Of a DNA stretch of 64,000 bases, positions 18,042 to 27,019 are shown one piece after another. Source of the DNA: Dehalococcoidia bacterium (GTDB lineage: Bacteria; Chloroflexota; Dehalococcoidia; Lucifugimonadales; UBA1123). The position numbers were made by a program, and so were the translations under genes. Position 1 is the stretch's first letter. Each line of letters starts with the position of its first letter. The notes under the pieces are model-generated. The model saw only the letters and a program-made list of their open reading frames with translations. It ran no database searches and was not told the origin of the DNA. The DNA lies in NCBI GenBank assembly GCA_965116415.1, contig OZ220693.1:1580753-1644752 (forward strand). The letters run 5' to 3'.

Positions 18042-18467
18042 TCAGTCGCCCCCATACTCCTGCCACGGGTCGTAGGAGCCGACGCTCCAGAGCTGACCCT
18101 CGGGGTCGCGGACTGCGAAGAGGCTTCCGCCGTATGACTGCTCCTCGAGAGCCATGACGATGTTGGCTCCGGATGCCTTGACACGCTCGTACGAGGCTTC
18201 GATGTCTTCGACGACGATGTAGGCGCTCTGGGTGAGGTCTCCGGTCGGCGTGGATGCGATGACTGAGCCGCCGTCGTCTCGCTCCGAACCGAGCATGATC
18301 ATGCCGCTACCAAGCGTAAGCTGGGCGTGGGCGACTCCGCCTGCGCCGTCAGGAACGACGAGGTGGCTCTCGAATCCGAGAACATCGCAGAGCCATTCGA
18401 TGGCGGCGTGGGCGTCTCGGTAGCGCACACCGGGGATGATGTTTGATTTCGTGCTCGATTGGGCCAA
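18042..18467 (-). CDS. VOC/glyoxalase-bleomycin-resistance family protein
   Basis: IPGVRYRDAHAAIEWLCDVLGF...AHAQL...ALEEQSYGGSLFAVRDPEGQLW. Confidence 0.85.
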   Translation of the reverse strand: MAQSSTKSNIIPGVRYRDAHAAIEWLCDVLGFESHLVVPDGAGGVAHAQLTLGSGMIMLGSERDDGGSVIASTPTGDLTQSAYIVVEDIEASYERVKASGANIVMALEEQSYGGSLFAVRDPEGQLWSVGSYDPWQEYGGD

Positions 18468-18564
18468 GGCAGTCCTCCTGTAGAATTACACTCGCAGATC
18501 GTTTCGGATGATGTAAAGGCTGACCGAGATATTCTCGTCTATAGTTAGCGAACCGATTTCAGAG

Positions 18565-19380
18565 TTGACGACCATTCCGAGGAGACGTGAATTGAGCCAG
18601 CAAATCTACCAGGTCGATGCCTTTACAACGACGCCCTTCGCCGGCAATCCCGCCGTCGTGTGCGTGCTGCCTGAGTCGGCGTCCGAGCGCTGGATGCAGG
18701 ACGTCGCCCGCGAGATGAACCTGTCGGAAACGGCGTTCCTGGTAGGTGGCGATGACGGCTACCAGCTACGCTGGTTCACGCCATTGGTGGAAGTGGACCT
18801 GTGCGGTCATGCCACACTCGCCAGCGCGCACGTGCTGTGGGAGACGGGCGATGCGGATCCCGGAGAGACCATCCGGTTTCACACCAAGAGCGGGTTGCTG
18901 TCGGCGACGCGAGACGGTGATTGGATCGAACTGGACTTTCCAGCGACTCCTGTTGCCGCCTGCGACCCTCCTTCCGAGCTTCTTGATGGACTCGGTGTGT
19001 CGCCTGTATTCGTGGGTAAGAGCATCTTCGACTACCTGGTGGAGCTGACCAACGAGGCAGAGGTACGTGCCCTCGCACCGGACTTCAGCACGCTTGGGCG
19101 GGTGGATACGCGGGGAGTCATGGTAACCAGCCGATCCGACAGCCCAGAGCGCGACTTCGTGTCACGCTTCTTCGCGCCCGGCACGGGGGTCGACGAAGAC
19201 CCTGTGACCGGCTCTGCCCACTGCGCGCTTGGTCCGTACTGGCAGGAGCGACTTGGCAAGTCGGAGTTTGCGGCGCGACAGGTGTCGGCACGCGGAGGCG
19301 AGTTGCGTGTCAGTGTGGACGGCGACCGCGTTCGCATCGCGGGTCAAGCCGTGACGGTGATGAGGGCTACGTTGGTGTAA
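18565..19380 (+). CDS. PhzF-family isomerase
   Basis: Motifs QVDAFTTTPFAGNPAVV, NLSETAF, RWFTP, DLCGHATLA and PVTGSAHCAL. The exact start is uncertain. Confidence 0.85.
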   Translation: MTTIPRRRELSQQIYQVDAFTTTPFAGNPAVVCVLPESASERWMQDVAREMNLSETAFLVGGDDGYQLRWFTPLVEVDLCGHATLASAHVLWETGDADPGETIRFHTKSGLLSATRDGDWIELDFPATPVAACDPPSELLDGLGVSPVFVGKSIFDYLVELTNEAEVRALAPDFSTLGRVDTRGVMVTSRSDSPERDFVSRFFAPGTGVDEDPVTGSAHCALGPYWQERLGKSEFAARQVSARGGELRVSVDGDRVRIAGQAVTVMRATLV

Positions 19381-19553
19381 GGAGTACTCTCAACTGGCGC
19401 GTGACTACACTGTGATAAGATGGCAGTGAGTAACTGAGGTGAGTCAGGCCTTGCGGTCAATCGTGAACAACGATCTTATTGGGATCGTCGTAGGGATGTA
19501 CATCTGCCCACTTTTGGGGAGGACCTAGCTACTCGATCCACCAGAATCCTTTG

Positions 19554-19583
19554 AGAGCCTCCCCGAAACGGGAGGCTCTTTTG
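19554..19583 (+). terminator. Rho-independent-type terminator hairpin
   Basis: AGAGCCTCCC-CGAAAC-GGGAGGCTCT (10-bp perfect stem) followed by TTT, about 170 bp downstream of phzF-like. Confidence 0.55.
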
Positions 19584-19646
19584 GTTAGTGGGGAAACGGG
19601 CGCATAAGAGGGCGCATTTGGTCCAATTGGAGTCGGGAGAGTAACA

Positions 19647-20387
19647 ATGCGGGAGCAGTTCGTGGACGAGACATTCTGGGAGAAGATGTACACGTTCCTT
19701 TTCTCCGAGCGAAAGTTCAATGACGCCGAACAGGAGATAAGCAGCGTTCTCGATCTCACGGCCATCGAGAGTGGTGACGTTCTGGACCTGGCGTGCGGTC
19801 CGGGCCGTCATGCGACCGTACTTGCTAAGAGAGGATTCAATGTGACCGGCGTAGACCTTACGCCGTTTCTGCTGCGACAGGCAAAGGAACTGGCCAGAAA
19901 GGAGAGTATCACCATCGAATGGGTGCAGGAGGACATGCGGAGTTTCGAGCGCCCTGAGGCCTTCGATCTAGCTATCAACCTATTCACTTCGTTCGGGTAC
20001 TTCGAGGACAGCCGGGACGACATTAGGGTCCTGCGCAACGTGTATCAGAGTCTCCGAGAAGGTGGCGCGCTGGTCATGGAAATGGCCGGAAAGGAGTGCC
20101 TGGCAAGTGTCTTCGCGCCAACCGGGTCACAGAAGTTACCAGATGGCCAGGTACTTGTGGAACGTCGGCAAGTGATAAACGACTGGTCCCGAATCAGGAA
20201 CGAATGGATCGTCATAGAGGGCAACACGGCTACCACGTTCGAGTTCGAGGTTACGGTTTACTCCGGCCAGGAGTTAAAGGGCCGGTTGTTCGAGGCGGGA
20301 TTCAGCGAAGTAGCGCTGTTTGGCGGCTACGACGGCAGCGAGTACGGTCTGAACGCCCGCAGGCTTGTCGCCGTCGCTCGTAAGTGA
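19647..20387 (+). CDS. Class I SAM-dependent methyltransferase
   Basis: Motif I VLDLACGPGRHA; GGGAGA lies upstream of the ATG. Confidence 0.85.
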   Translation: MREQFVDETFWEKMYTFLFSERKFNDAEQEISSVLDLTAIESGDVLDLACGPGRHATVLAKRGFNVTGVDLTPFLLRQAKELARKESITIEWVQEDMRSFERPEAFDLAINLFTSFGYFEDSRDDIRVLRNVYQSLREGGALVMEMAGKECLASVFAPTGSQKLPDGQVLVERRQVINDWSRIRNEWIVIEGNTATTFEFEVTVYSGQELKGRLFEAGFSEVALFGGYDGSEYGLNARRLVAVARK

Positions 20388-20404
20388 AATAGACATAGAA
20401 CCAC

Positions 20405-21058
20405 ATGACCCAACCCGATTACTGGAGTGTGGGCACGCAGATAGTCCAGTACGAGATGTGGGGGGAGCGGATTGTTCTCGCACGGCCTGTCACGGTCGCG
20501 GAGGATAGCTCAACCCACTTGGCGCTTTACTCTCACCCGAAGACCCCGACAGCATCTCGCGTCATCGAGAATCGCTACTCCCTCGAAGTGTCCGAACGTA
20601 TCGACATATACATGCAGATGCTGGACTCGGATGACGTGGAAGAGTTCAGGAAGCGGACGTCGCCGAATAACCATGTCCTGACGCTGACACCTCCGAATTC
20701 GTGGCATTCGGTGTGGCTGTTCTGGGACTCCGAGTGGCGGTTCGAGAACTGGTACGTCAACTTACAGGCCCCGATTCGTCGGCTGCGTCGTGGAGTACAG
20801 GTCCATGACTACGCTCTCGACATCATTGTCCGTCCCGACATGACGTGGTCGTGGAAGGATGAGGACGAGTACGAGGAGCTGATCGCACGGGGTTTCTTTA
20901 CCCTGGAGCACGAGTCGTCGATTCGGGCTGAAGCCGATCGGATGATCGCGACGATTGAGCGTTGCGGAGTTCCTTTCAGTGATGGCTGGGAGAATTGGCG
21001 TGCAGACCAGCACTGGCCCGTCCCGCGACTTCCTGAAGAGTGGGCTCAACTGGTGTAA
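20405..21058 (+). CDS. DUF402-domain protein (FomD-like nucleoside-phosphatase family)
   Basis: WYVNLQAPIRR...HDYALDIIVRPD...WKDEDEY pattern. Confidence 0.7.
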   Translation: MTQPDYWSVGTQIVQYEMWGERIVLARPVTVAEDSSTHLALYSHPKTPTASRVIENRYSLEVSERIDIYMQMLDSDDVEEFRKRTSPNNHVLTLTPPNSWHSVWLFWDSEWRFENWYVNLQAPIRRLRRGVQVHDYALDIIVRPDMTWSWKDEDEYEELIARGFFTLEHESSIRAEADRMIATIERCGVPFSDGWENWRADQHWPVPRLPEEWAQLV

Positions 21059-21147
21059 GTGCGAGTCGCCCTCATACGCTGCGTTGGGACTCTCTAGGCG
21101 AGCGCCACAATCTAGTGATGGTCTGCATACCACCATTCGACAGGCTT

Positions 21148-21171
21148 CCTTCGACAAGCTCAGGACGAACG
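21148..21171 (+). repeat. REP-like element, family B (CCTTCGACAAGCTCAGGACGAACG)
   Basis: The same 24-mer occurs at 53907-53930 and, with one change, at 22958-22983. Confidence 0.85.
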
Positions 21172-21203
21172 AATGTGACCATCAGAACTGAGTGATCTAT
21201 ACA

Positions 21204-22724
21204 CTAGGGCAGCGAGTCTTGCGCCTGTTCGGCGAAGTGGGATTTGAGGTGTGGGTAGAGACTTCGGTAGCGGACGTAGGCCTCGGAGTACGCGGTGGTG
21301 GTCTCCGGGTCTGGTTCGATGCGGTCGAGCGGTCTGATCCATGCTTGGCACGCTTCTTTGACCGACGGGAACGTGCCGGAGCCTACTGCGGCGAGCACGG
21401 CGGCTCCGTAGGGGGCGCCGCCTGACGGGCCGACCGTGACCACGGGCACGCCGAGAACGTCGGCCTGCATCTGACGCCAGAATGCGCTGCGCGCGCCTCC
21501 TCCGACTGCCACGGCCTCGGTTGCATCGACCCCGAGGTCCCTCATCAACTCGAGCGAGTCTCGCAGAGCGAAGACCACTCCCTCCATTACGGCGCGCACG
21601 AGGTGTCCCCGGTGATGTCCAGTGTGCATCCCGACGAAGGCGCCGCGGGCATTCGAGTCGGCGTGAGGCGTGCGTTCTCCGGTCAGATATGGGAGGAACG
21701 TCAGGCCGTCCGCTCCCGGTGGGACGCTGTCGGCCTCGGTCGTCAGCTCATCGTAGGTGGACGGCGTCATGTTGGGTCCGGACAGTGCGCGTCTGAACCA
21801 GTCGAAGGCCGCGCCCGCGGACAGGACGACTCCCATCAGGTACCAGGTGTCGTCGACAGCGTGGTTGAACGAGTGTATGCGCATTCCCGGGTCGACACTG
21901 GCCTGTTCAATCGGCGCAACCACCGCGCCGGAGGTGCCGATGGAGGTCTGCAATGCGCCCTCCCCTACTACGCCCGAGCCGACCGCGGCTGCGGCGTTGT
22001 CCGCGCCTCCGCCGACTACAGGTGTGCCCGGCTTCAGACCCAGTGCCTCCGCTGCAGACGTGGTGAGTCCTCCAGTGACGCTGGCGGAGCCTCGCACTGG
22101 CGCGAGAATTGAGGGGTCGAGCTGGAGCGCGGTCACCATCTCGTCAGACCAGCATCTCCGTTGTACGTCGAACAGCAGGGTTCCGGCGGCGTCGGAAGGC
22201 TCAGTCGCCTTTTCGCCGGTCATGAGCAGTCGCACGTAGTCCTTGGGGAGAAGGACTGTCCGGGTCTGGTCGAATGTCTGGGGCTCCTCATCGCGCACCC
22301 ATAGGAGCTTTGGAGCCGTGAAGCCCTCGAGGGCGGGATTGCCCACAAGTCGTCGCAGGCCGTCCGTGCCGACCGTGTCGGTTATGGAGCGACACTGTGC
22401 TGTGGTGCGGACATCGTTCCAGAGTATCGCGGGCCTAAGCACGCGGTCCGACTCGTCGAGCAGCGTGGAACTGTGCATCTGCCCTGAGAGTCCGATCGAG
22501 TCGACTTCACGAACGCCTGCCTGATCGCACGCGGCCCTGACAGCGTTGATAGTGCCCTGCCACCAGTCGGAAGGGTACTGTTCTGCCCAGCCCGGTCCTG
22601 GGACCGATACCTCGAGGGGCGATTCAGTCTCGCCGACGACGGTTCCATGATCATCCACGACAAGCGCCTTGACCGCGGTGGTGCCGATGTCTATTCCGAG
22701 GTAGTGGTGTGGCATGGTGGTCAT
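21204..22724 (-). CDS. xylB: Xylulokinase (FGGY carbohydrate kinase)
   Basis: YLGIDIGTTAVKALVVD, GLSGQMHS, GGGADNAAAAVG and VAVGGGARS motifs. Length 506 aa. Confidence 0.85.
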   Translation of the reverse strand: MTTMPHHYLGIDIGTTAVKALVVDDHGTVVGETESPLEVSVPGPGWAEQYPSDWWQGTINAVRAACDQAGVREVDSIGLSGQMHSSTLLDESDRVLRPAILWNDVRTTAQCRSITDTVGTDGLRRLVGNPALEGFTAPKLLWVRDEEPQTFDQTRTVLLPKDYVRLLMTGEKATEPSDAAGTLLFDVQRRCWSDEMVTALQLDPSILAPVRGSASVTGGLTTSAAEALGLKPGTPVVGGGADNAAAAVGSGVVGEGALQTSIGTSGAVVAPIEQASVDPGMRIHSFNHAVDDTWYLMGVVLSAGAAFDWFRRALSGPNMTPSTYDELTTEADSVPPGADGLTFLPYLTGERTPHADSNARGAFVGMHTGHHRGHLVRAVMEGVVFALRDSLELMRDLGVDATEAVAVGGGARSAFWRQMQADVLGVPVVTVGPSGGAPYGAAVLAAVGSGTFPSVKEACQAWIRPLDRIEPDPETTTAYSEAYVRYRSLYPHLKSHFAEQAQDSLP

Positions 22725-22920
22725 CCCCTGATACCAGCAGTTAACTCAGCAAAGCTAGATGGACAGAGTGGCTGCAATTCCGAAGTGGTCTGACAGTCAT
22801 GCGATATAATACACTTACCTTTTGACAATGTCAGAGCATGAGCACGATGGGAAGTCGTTCTCAATTCCCTTCACAAGATCGGCTTCAGGAGCTTCTCGTT
22901 ATCTACGAATCTAGCTAAAT

Positions 22921-22984
22921 ACGTTCGTGGTGAGCCTGTCGAACCATGAACGGGCAGCCCTTCGACAAGCTCAGGGCGAACGGC
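22921..22984. repeat. Family B element in palindromic form (two inverted half-sites)
   Basis: CGTTCGTGGTGAGCCTGTCGAACC at 22922-22945 is the imperfect reverse complement of CCCTTCGACAAGCTCAGGGCGAACGG at 22958-22983. Confidence 0.75.
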
Positions 22985-23029
22985 ATCGGGCGATTGATCG
23001 AAAGATCCTGGATCGGCTTAGAGGATCGC

Positions 23030-24253
23030 ATGCAAGAGTATGAAGTCACCGGAATAGACCCCAGAACGCTAGGTCGCCGAATCCAGGAAGCGCGTAAGGC
23101 GAGGGGGCTCACCCAGCAGGATGTTGCGGAAGCGCTTTCCCTGGCGCGAACGACGGTTACGGCCCTGGAGAAGGGTGAGCGCCGGGTCCGTCCTGACGAG
23201 ATAATAAGTATGGCTGGTCTCTTCGGCAGGTCGGTGAGTGATCTAGTCGGCTCCAGAGAACCGATGTCGGACTTTGCCGTTCAGTTTCGCACTGCCATAG
23301 GCGCAGTTGGGTCGCATCAGGCTCAAGAGGATATGGCTCAGGCTGTCCAGGAGTTCCAGAGACTGTGTGAAGATTATCTGTACCTTGAGAACCTGAATAG
23401 GTCGGCTCTCCATCAGAACTACATCTCAGAGTATCCGATTAACGTCGCCTCACCTGAAGATGCGGCAGAAGACGTGGCGTCGGCAGAACGCAACAGATTA
23501 GGCCTTGGAGACGGACCGGTCCTGAACCTAAGAGAAGTGCTTGAGAACGACGTCGCCACGCGCGTCTTCTCCATGAAGCTGCCGTCGCGAGTCGCTGGAA
23601 TCTTCTCCTACAGCCAGGAGCTTGGGGGCTGCATCGCAGTAAACGCTCAACACCCGGAGGAACGACGCCGGTGGTCGATGGCCCACGAATATGGGCACTT
23701 CCTGACTAGCCGCTTCCAATCGGAGATTTCGATACTGGGTGCGTACAGGCGTGTTCCGGCAAAGGAGAGATTCGCGGACTCTTTCGCTGGCTGCTTCCTC
23801 ATGCCAGCGGCGGGTCTGAGACGCAGATTCAATGAGATTTCTCGCGCAGCGGCTGGTGAGATGACCGTGGCGGACGTATGCCGAATCGCCCACTACTACT
23901 TCGTATCGATCGAGGCGGTTACCCTACGCCTGGAGGAGTTGAGACTCCTTCCGGGAGGGACATGGGACAGGCTCAAGGACAGAGGATTCAGGGTACGAGA
24001 GGCCCAGGAACAGTTGGGACTGTCGCCCCGCAGCGACAGCGATCAGTTACTCCCGTTACGCTACCAATTCCTAGCTATCCGTTCTTATGAGGAGGGCCAG
24101 CTCACTGAGGGAGAGCTTGCTCGGCTTCTGAGGACTGACCGAGTATCGGCCAGACGGACTGTACAGAGGCTGACCCACACGCCACACCTTCGCGATGAAG
24201 GAGACCTTCAATCGCTGTCCATAGACCTCGCCGGCAGCCTACTTGGGCAGTGA
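23030..24253 (+). CDS. Fused XRE-HTH / ImmA-IrrE (COG2856, DUF955) zinc metallopeptidase
   Basis: HTH LTQQDVAEALSLARTTVTALEKGER, then HExxH as SMAHEYGHF. The start is taken at MQEYEV (23030) because 22946-23029 is REP sequence. Confidence 0.85.
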   Translation: MQEYEVTGIDPRTLGRRIQEARKARGLTQQDVAEALSLARTTVTALEKGERRVRPDEIISMAGLFGRSVSDLVGSREPMSDFAVQFRTAIGAVGSHQAQEDMAQAVQEFQRLCEDYLYLENLNRSALHQNYISEYPINVASPEDAAEDVASAERNRLGLGDGPVLNLREVLENDVATRVFSMKLPSRVAGIFSYSQELGGCIAVNAQHPEERRRWSMAHEYGHFLTSRFQSEISILGAYRRVPAKERFADSFAGCFLMPAAGLRRRFNEISRAAAGEMTVADVCRIAHYYFVSIEAVTLRLEELRLLPGGTWDRLKDRGFRVREAQEQLGLSPRSDSDQLLPLRYQFLAIRSYEEGQLTEGELARLLRTDRVSARRTVQRLTHTPHLRDEGDLQSLSIDLAGSLLGQ

Positions 24254-24274
24254 TCTCAGGGTAAACAGGCAGCC

Positions 24275-24832
24275 GTGACGAACTCCGCTGAGTGTCTCCT
24301 ATTGGATGCCAGTTGTCTCCTCAACCTGTATGCAACCGGGAGTCTCCGAGAGATCGCCGCTGCAACCGATACACGGTTCCAGGTAGCCCAGTATGTGCTC
24401 GAACACGAAGCTATCTACACATGGGTACCCAACGCCCAAAGTGGACATGACGAGCCAGTGCCCGTAGACGTATCTCCTCTGATTGCTGAGGGTTTGATCC
24501 ACGTCATCGATCTTAAAGACTTAGCGGAACAGGCCACATTCGTCGAACTGGCTACCCTGGTTGACGATGGCGAGGCTGTGACCGGCGCGCTCGCCTTCCA
24601 TCGCGGCTGCTCTGTCGCAACTGATGATCGCAAGGCCCGTCGAGTATTTGGAGAACGCATTCCGTCAGTGCAATTGGTTTCAACTCTGGAACTGCTGAGA
24701 CTGTGGGCCGACGATGGACAAGTTACAGACATCAACCTGCGCATGGCCATGATCGCAATGCGTTCGGGGGCCAGCTATATCCCCAGCAGAAGGGACCCTC
24801 TCTTTGAGTGGTGGGCAGAGATCACAAGATAA
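24275..24832 (+). CDS. PIN-like domain protein (putative toxin nuclease)
   Basis: Acidic positions LLLDASCL, DDGEA and VATDDRKA are spaced as in PIN domains. It lies 21 nt downstream of the ImmA gene. Confidence 0.65.
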   Translation: MTNSAECLLLDASCLLNLYATGSLREIAAATDTRFQVAQYVLEHEAIYTWVPNAQSGHDEPVPVDVSPLIAEGLIHVIDLKDLAEQATFVELATLVDDGEAVTGALAFHRGCSVATDDRKARRVFGERIPSVQLVSTLELLRLWADDGQVTDINLRMAMIAMRSGASYIPSRRDPLFEWWAEITR

Positions 24833-24913
24833 TCAGCCCTCTTTCTGAGGATGAGGGGCATCTAATCGCGAGATGTCGCACGTACTAGACTGTAGTCGGC
24901 ACCGGGCTGGAGC

Positions 24914-25001
24914 CTGTGTCGGTTTGGTAGGCAGTGTTTTCACCCTCACCCCAACCCTCTCCCCCGGATTAAGTCCGGGGCAGGCTCTGAGGGAGAGGGG
25001 G
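24914..25001 (+). repeat. REP/MITE-like element, family A, with a nested extra hairpin CCCCGGA-TTAAG-TCCGGGG
   Basis: CTGTGTCGGTTTGGTAGGCAGTGTTTTCACCCTCACCCCAACCCTCTCCC...GGGAGAGGGGG. The left arm matches the copies at 27552 and 48485. Confidence 0.8.
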
Positions 25002-25084
25002 ATATGCGAAGATCTTTATCCCCTTGACAGTGGGGAGTGCCTTGGCTACTGTTCAATACAGGGTAGTCACCTCAGGAGGATGGC

Positions 25085-25258
25085 ATGAAGAGGGCGTACG
25101 AGCTTCTGAAGAAGTTTTCGGCCAGCAAGATTGCGGGCGGACTAGCCGTCTTCGCCTTCGTGTACATGATCCGGGGGACCGGCGCCGGCGGCGTCTGCCC
25201 GTTCTGCGGCGGCAGCGGCTTCCATCCCTGGGAGTGGGGAGGCTTCGGCGGCATCTAG
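25085..25258 (+). CDS. Small protein (57 aa) with one hydrophobic segment, a CPFC motif and a Gly/Trp-rich tail
   Basis: Not in the ORF track (under 60 aa). AGGAGG lies 5 nt before the ATG. Translation: MKRAYELLKKFSASKIAGGLAVFAFVYMIRGTGAGGVCPFCGGSGFHPWEWGGFGGI. Confidence 0.5.
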   Translation: MKRAYELLKKFSASKIAGGLAVFAFVYMIRGTGAGGVCPFCGGSGFHPWEWGGFGGI

Positions 25259-25277
25259 CCCGTCCCCCAGCTTCCGC

Positions 25278-25937
25278 CTAGCCCCTTGCGGCCCTCACCT
25301 TTTCGAGCATCACGGGCGGCAACGGAAACACCCAGCCCCTGTTCGTGATAATCTCACGCGTCAAAGCAGCGGGGACCGCCACGATAATCTCCGGCTCGAT
25401 GGAGAACCTTCCGTCGAACCCTCCTAACGCGCTCCTCGCATGGATCCCGGCAAATCCTCCTGCGTCGACGCCGTTCTCAGCGTAGTCGCTTCGCGGCCCC
25501 CCGAAGACCGAGTGCCACCTGAACGAGAAGCCGTTCGTGACAGCGGGTGCGGCACTGCTGGCCCCGCCACCGGGCGAGACCACCATGCCCAGCGCCTTCA
25601 CGGTGTACAGAACGTCGTTTAGGTCGCCCTCGCCGCCGCAGCTCAGCGTCCAGTGGAGCCTGCGGATCAGCACGTCGGCCGCATCCTGCGCCCCCTGTTG
25701 ACCATGCTCAATGCGCTCTCCGTCGTCGTTCATCGGAAGTGTCCCGCCGGTCGTGCCGGACAGGTAGACGAGGCCGCTCTCATGGACGACGGCTCCCGCT
25801 ATTCCCGCGCCCTCCAGCGACACGACATCCTCATCGAAGCTGCCGAGTTCAATGCCGATCTCCCGAATCCTGTCGTAGACGTCGAAGTCACGTCGCAGCT
25901 CGTCGGGTAGTAGGGCTTCGTCGTAGTGCTTGCTCAT
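25278..25937 (-). CDS. RidA/YjgF-like domain protein (tentative)
   Basis: LVYLSGTTGG...QGAQDAADVLIRRL...DVLYTVKALGMV resembles the RidA pattern. AGGAGG lies upstream. At 219 aa it is longer than canonical RidA. Confidence 0.45.
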   Translation of the reverse strand: MSKHYDEALLPDELRRDFDVYDRIREIGIELGSFDEDVVSLEGAGIAGAVVHESGLVYLSGTTGGTLPMNDDGERIEHGQQGAQDAADVLIRRLHWTLSCGGEGDLNDVLYTVKALGMVVSPGGGASSAAPAVTNGFSFRWHSVFGGPRSDYAENGVDAGGFAGIHARSALGGFDGRFSIEPEIIVAVPAALTREIITNRGWVFPLPPVMLEKVRAARG

Positions 25938-25968
25938 GTTTGATTCCTCCTAAAGTTAGGTCTGACAT

Positions 25969-26850
25969 TCAGTTCACGCGCACGTACTTGTCCACGCTCT
26001 GGGCTATTGTAAGTCCGAGATAGATGTCGCCCTGGGAGTCGACCCATAGGCCGTGGGCGTGGCGGTGCAGATTCCAGCGCGCCAGCACCTCGCCGTTGCC
26101 GTCCCGGATGGCGACGCGAGAGGGATTTCCGTCGGCCGCCTGCTCACAGATGTAGAAGAGGCCGTCCGGGCCCTGAGAAATGTCGTTCGGCCCACCCATG
26201 CCGGTCCACTCGGTGATGAACTCGCCTTCGCTGTCGAATATCTGGATGCGGCGATTGGCGCGGTCGCAGACGTAGACCTTCTCGTCTGCATCCACCATCA
26301 GGCTGTGCGGCAGGTGGAACTCACCCGGCTCTGAGCTCCCCGGCGTACCCCAGGACTTGATTAGATCGCCCCCGCCGGTGAACTTGTGAATCCGGCTGTT
26401 TCGATAGCCGTCGGAGACGTAGATGTTGCCGGAGGGGCCCTTCACCATCTCTGTGGGATAGTTGAAAGGCCCGGCGGCGCGGGGGACCATGTCACCGGGT
26501 CCCTCACAGCCGGTGTCGGAGTGAACGCCCCGATCTCCCAGCACCATCAGAGGGCGGCCCTCCAGGGTGTATGACATCGCTACGGAGTCGTCACGATCAG
26601 TCAGGTAAATGACATCGTCGCTGATGCTCATGCCGTGCGGCGAATTGATATTGCCGTGTCCCCAGGCGTCCAGGTAGTTGCCCTCCCTGTCGAAGACGAC
26701 TACGGGCGGGTCGGTCCGCTGGAAGACGTAGAGCCTGTCCTGCGAGTCGGTAGCGACGGTGCTGACTACGTCGAACGCCTCGCCGTCGGGGAGCTTGGGG
26801 AAATCCTGGGCAAGTTCGAAAGTGAGGGTATCTGTGCCAACAGAAGTCAT
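25969..26850 (-). CDS. NHL-repeat beta-propeller, peptidyl-alpha-hydroxyglycine-lyase-like
   Basis: Repeats such as NIYVSDGYRNSRIHKF and KVYVCDRANRRIQIFD, plus GEFHLPHSL. Confidence 0.8.
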   Translation of the reverse strand: MTSVGTDTLTFELAQDFPKLPDGEAFDVVSTVATDSQDRLYVFQRTDPPVVVFDREGNYLDAWGHGNINSPHGMSISDDVIYLTDRDDSVAMSYTLEGRPLMVLGDRGVHSDTGCEGPGDMVPRAAGPFNYPTEMVKGPSGNIYVSDGYRNSRIHKFTGGGDLIKSWGTPGSSEPGEFHLPHSLMVDADEKVYVCDRANRRIQIFDSEGEFITEWTGMGGPNDISQGPDGLFYICEQAADGNPSRVAIRDGNGEVLARWNLHRHAHGLWVDSQGDIYLGLTIAQSVDKYVRVN

Positions 26851-27019
26851 GAGTCATCTCCCCCAGAGTCAGCCAATCAGATGGCAAGTACGGAACGACG
26901 TAGAGTGTAGCACCGTAGGGAAGACTAGGCTATTCGTTGGCGCAACGGGGCGCATTCACTCCAAGACCTTGAGTGCAGTAGGATAGGGTCATCTGTGCAG
27001 GGGCTATCCTTGCGGCACA

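Noticed and set aside
19618-19630. GTCCAATTG (reverse complement of the iteron core) just upstream of the methyltransferase
   Set aside because: It is a single 9-mer match. That is about what chance gives in 2 x 64 kb, and there is no phased partner.
22946-23029. N-terminal extension MNGQPFDKLRANG... of the ImmA/HTH ORF
   Set aside because: This stretch is the family B REP palindrome. The same nucleotide string recurs in non-coding contexts at 21148 and 53907.
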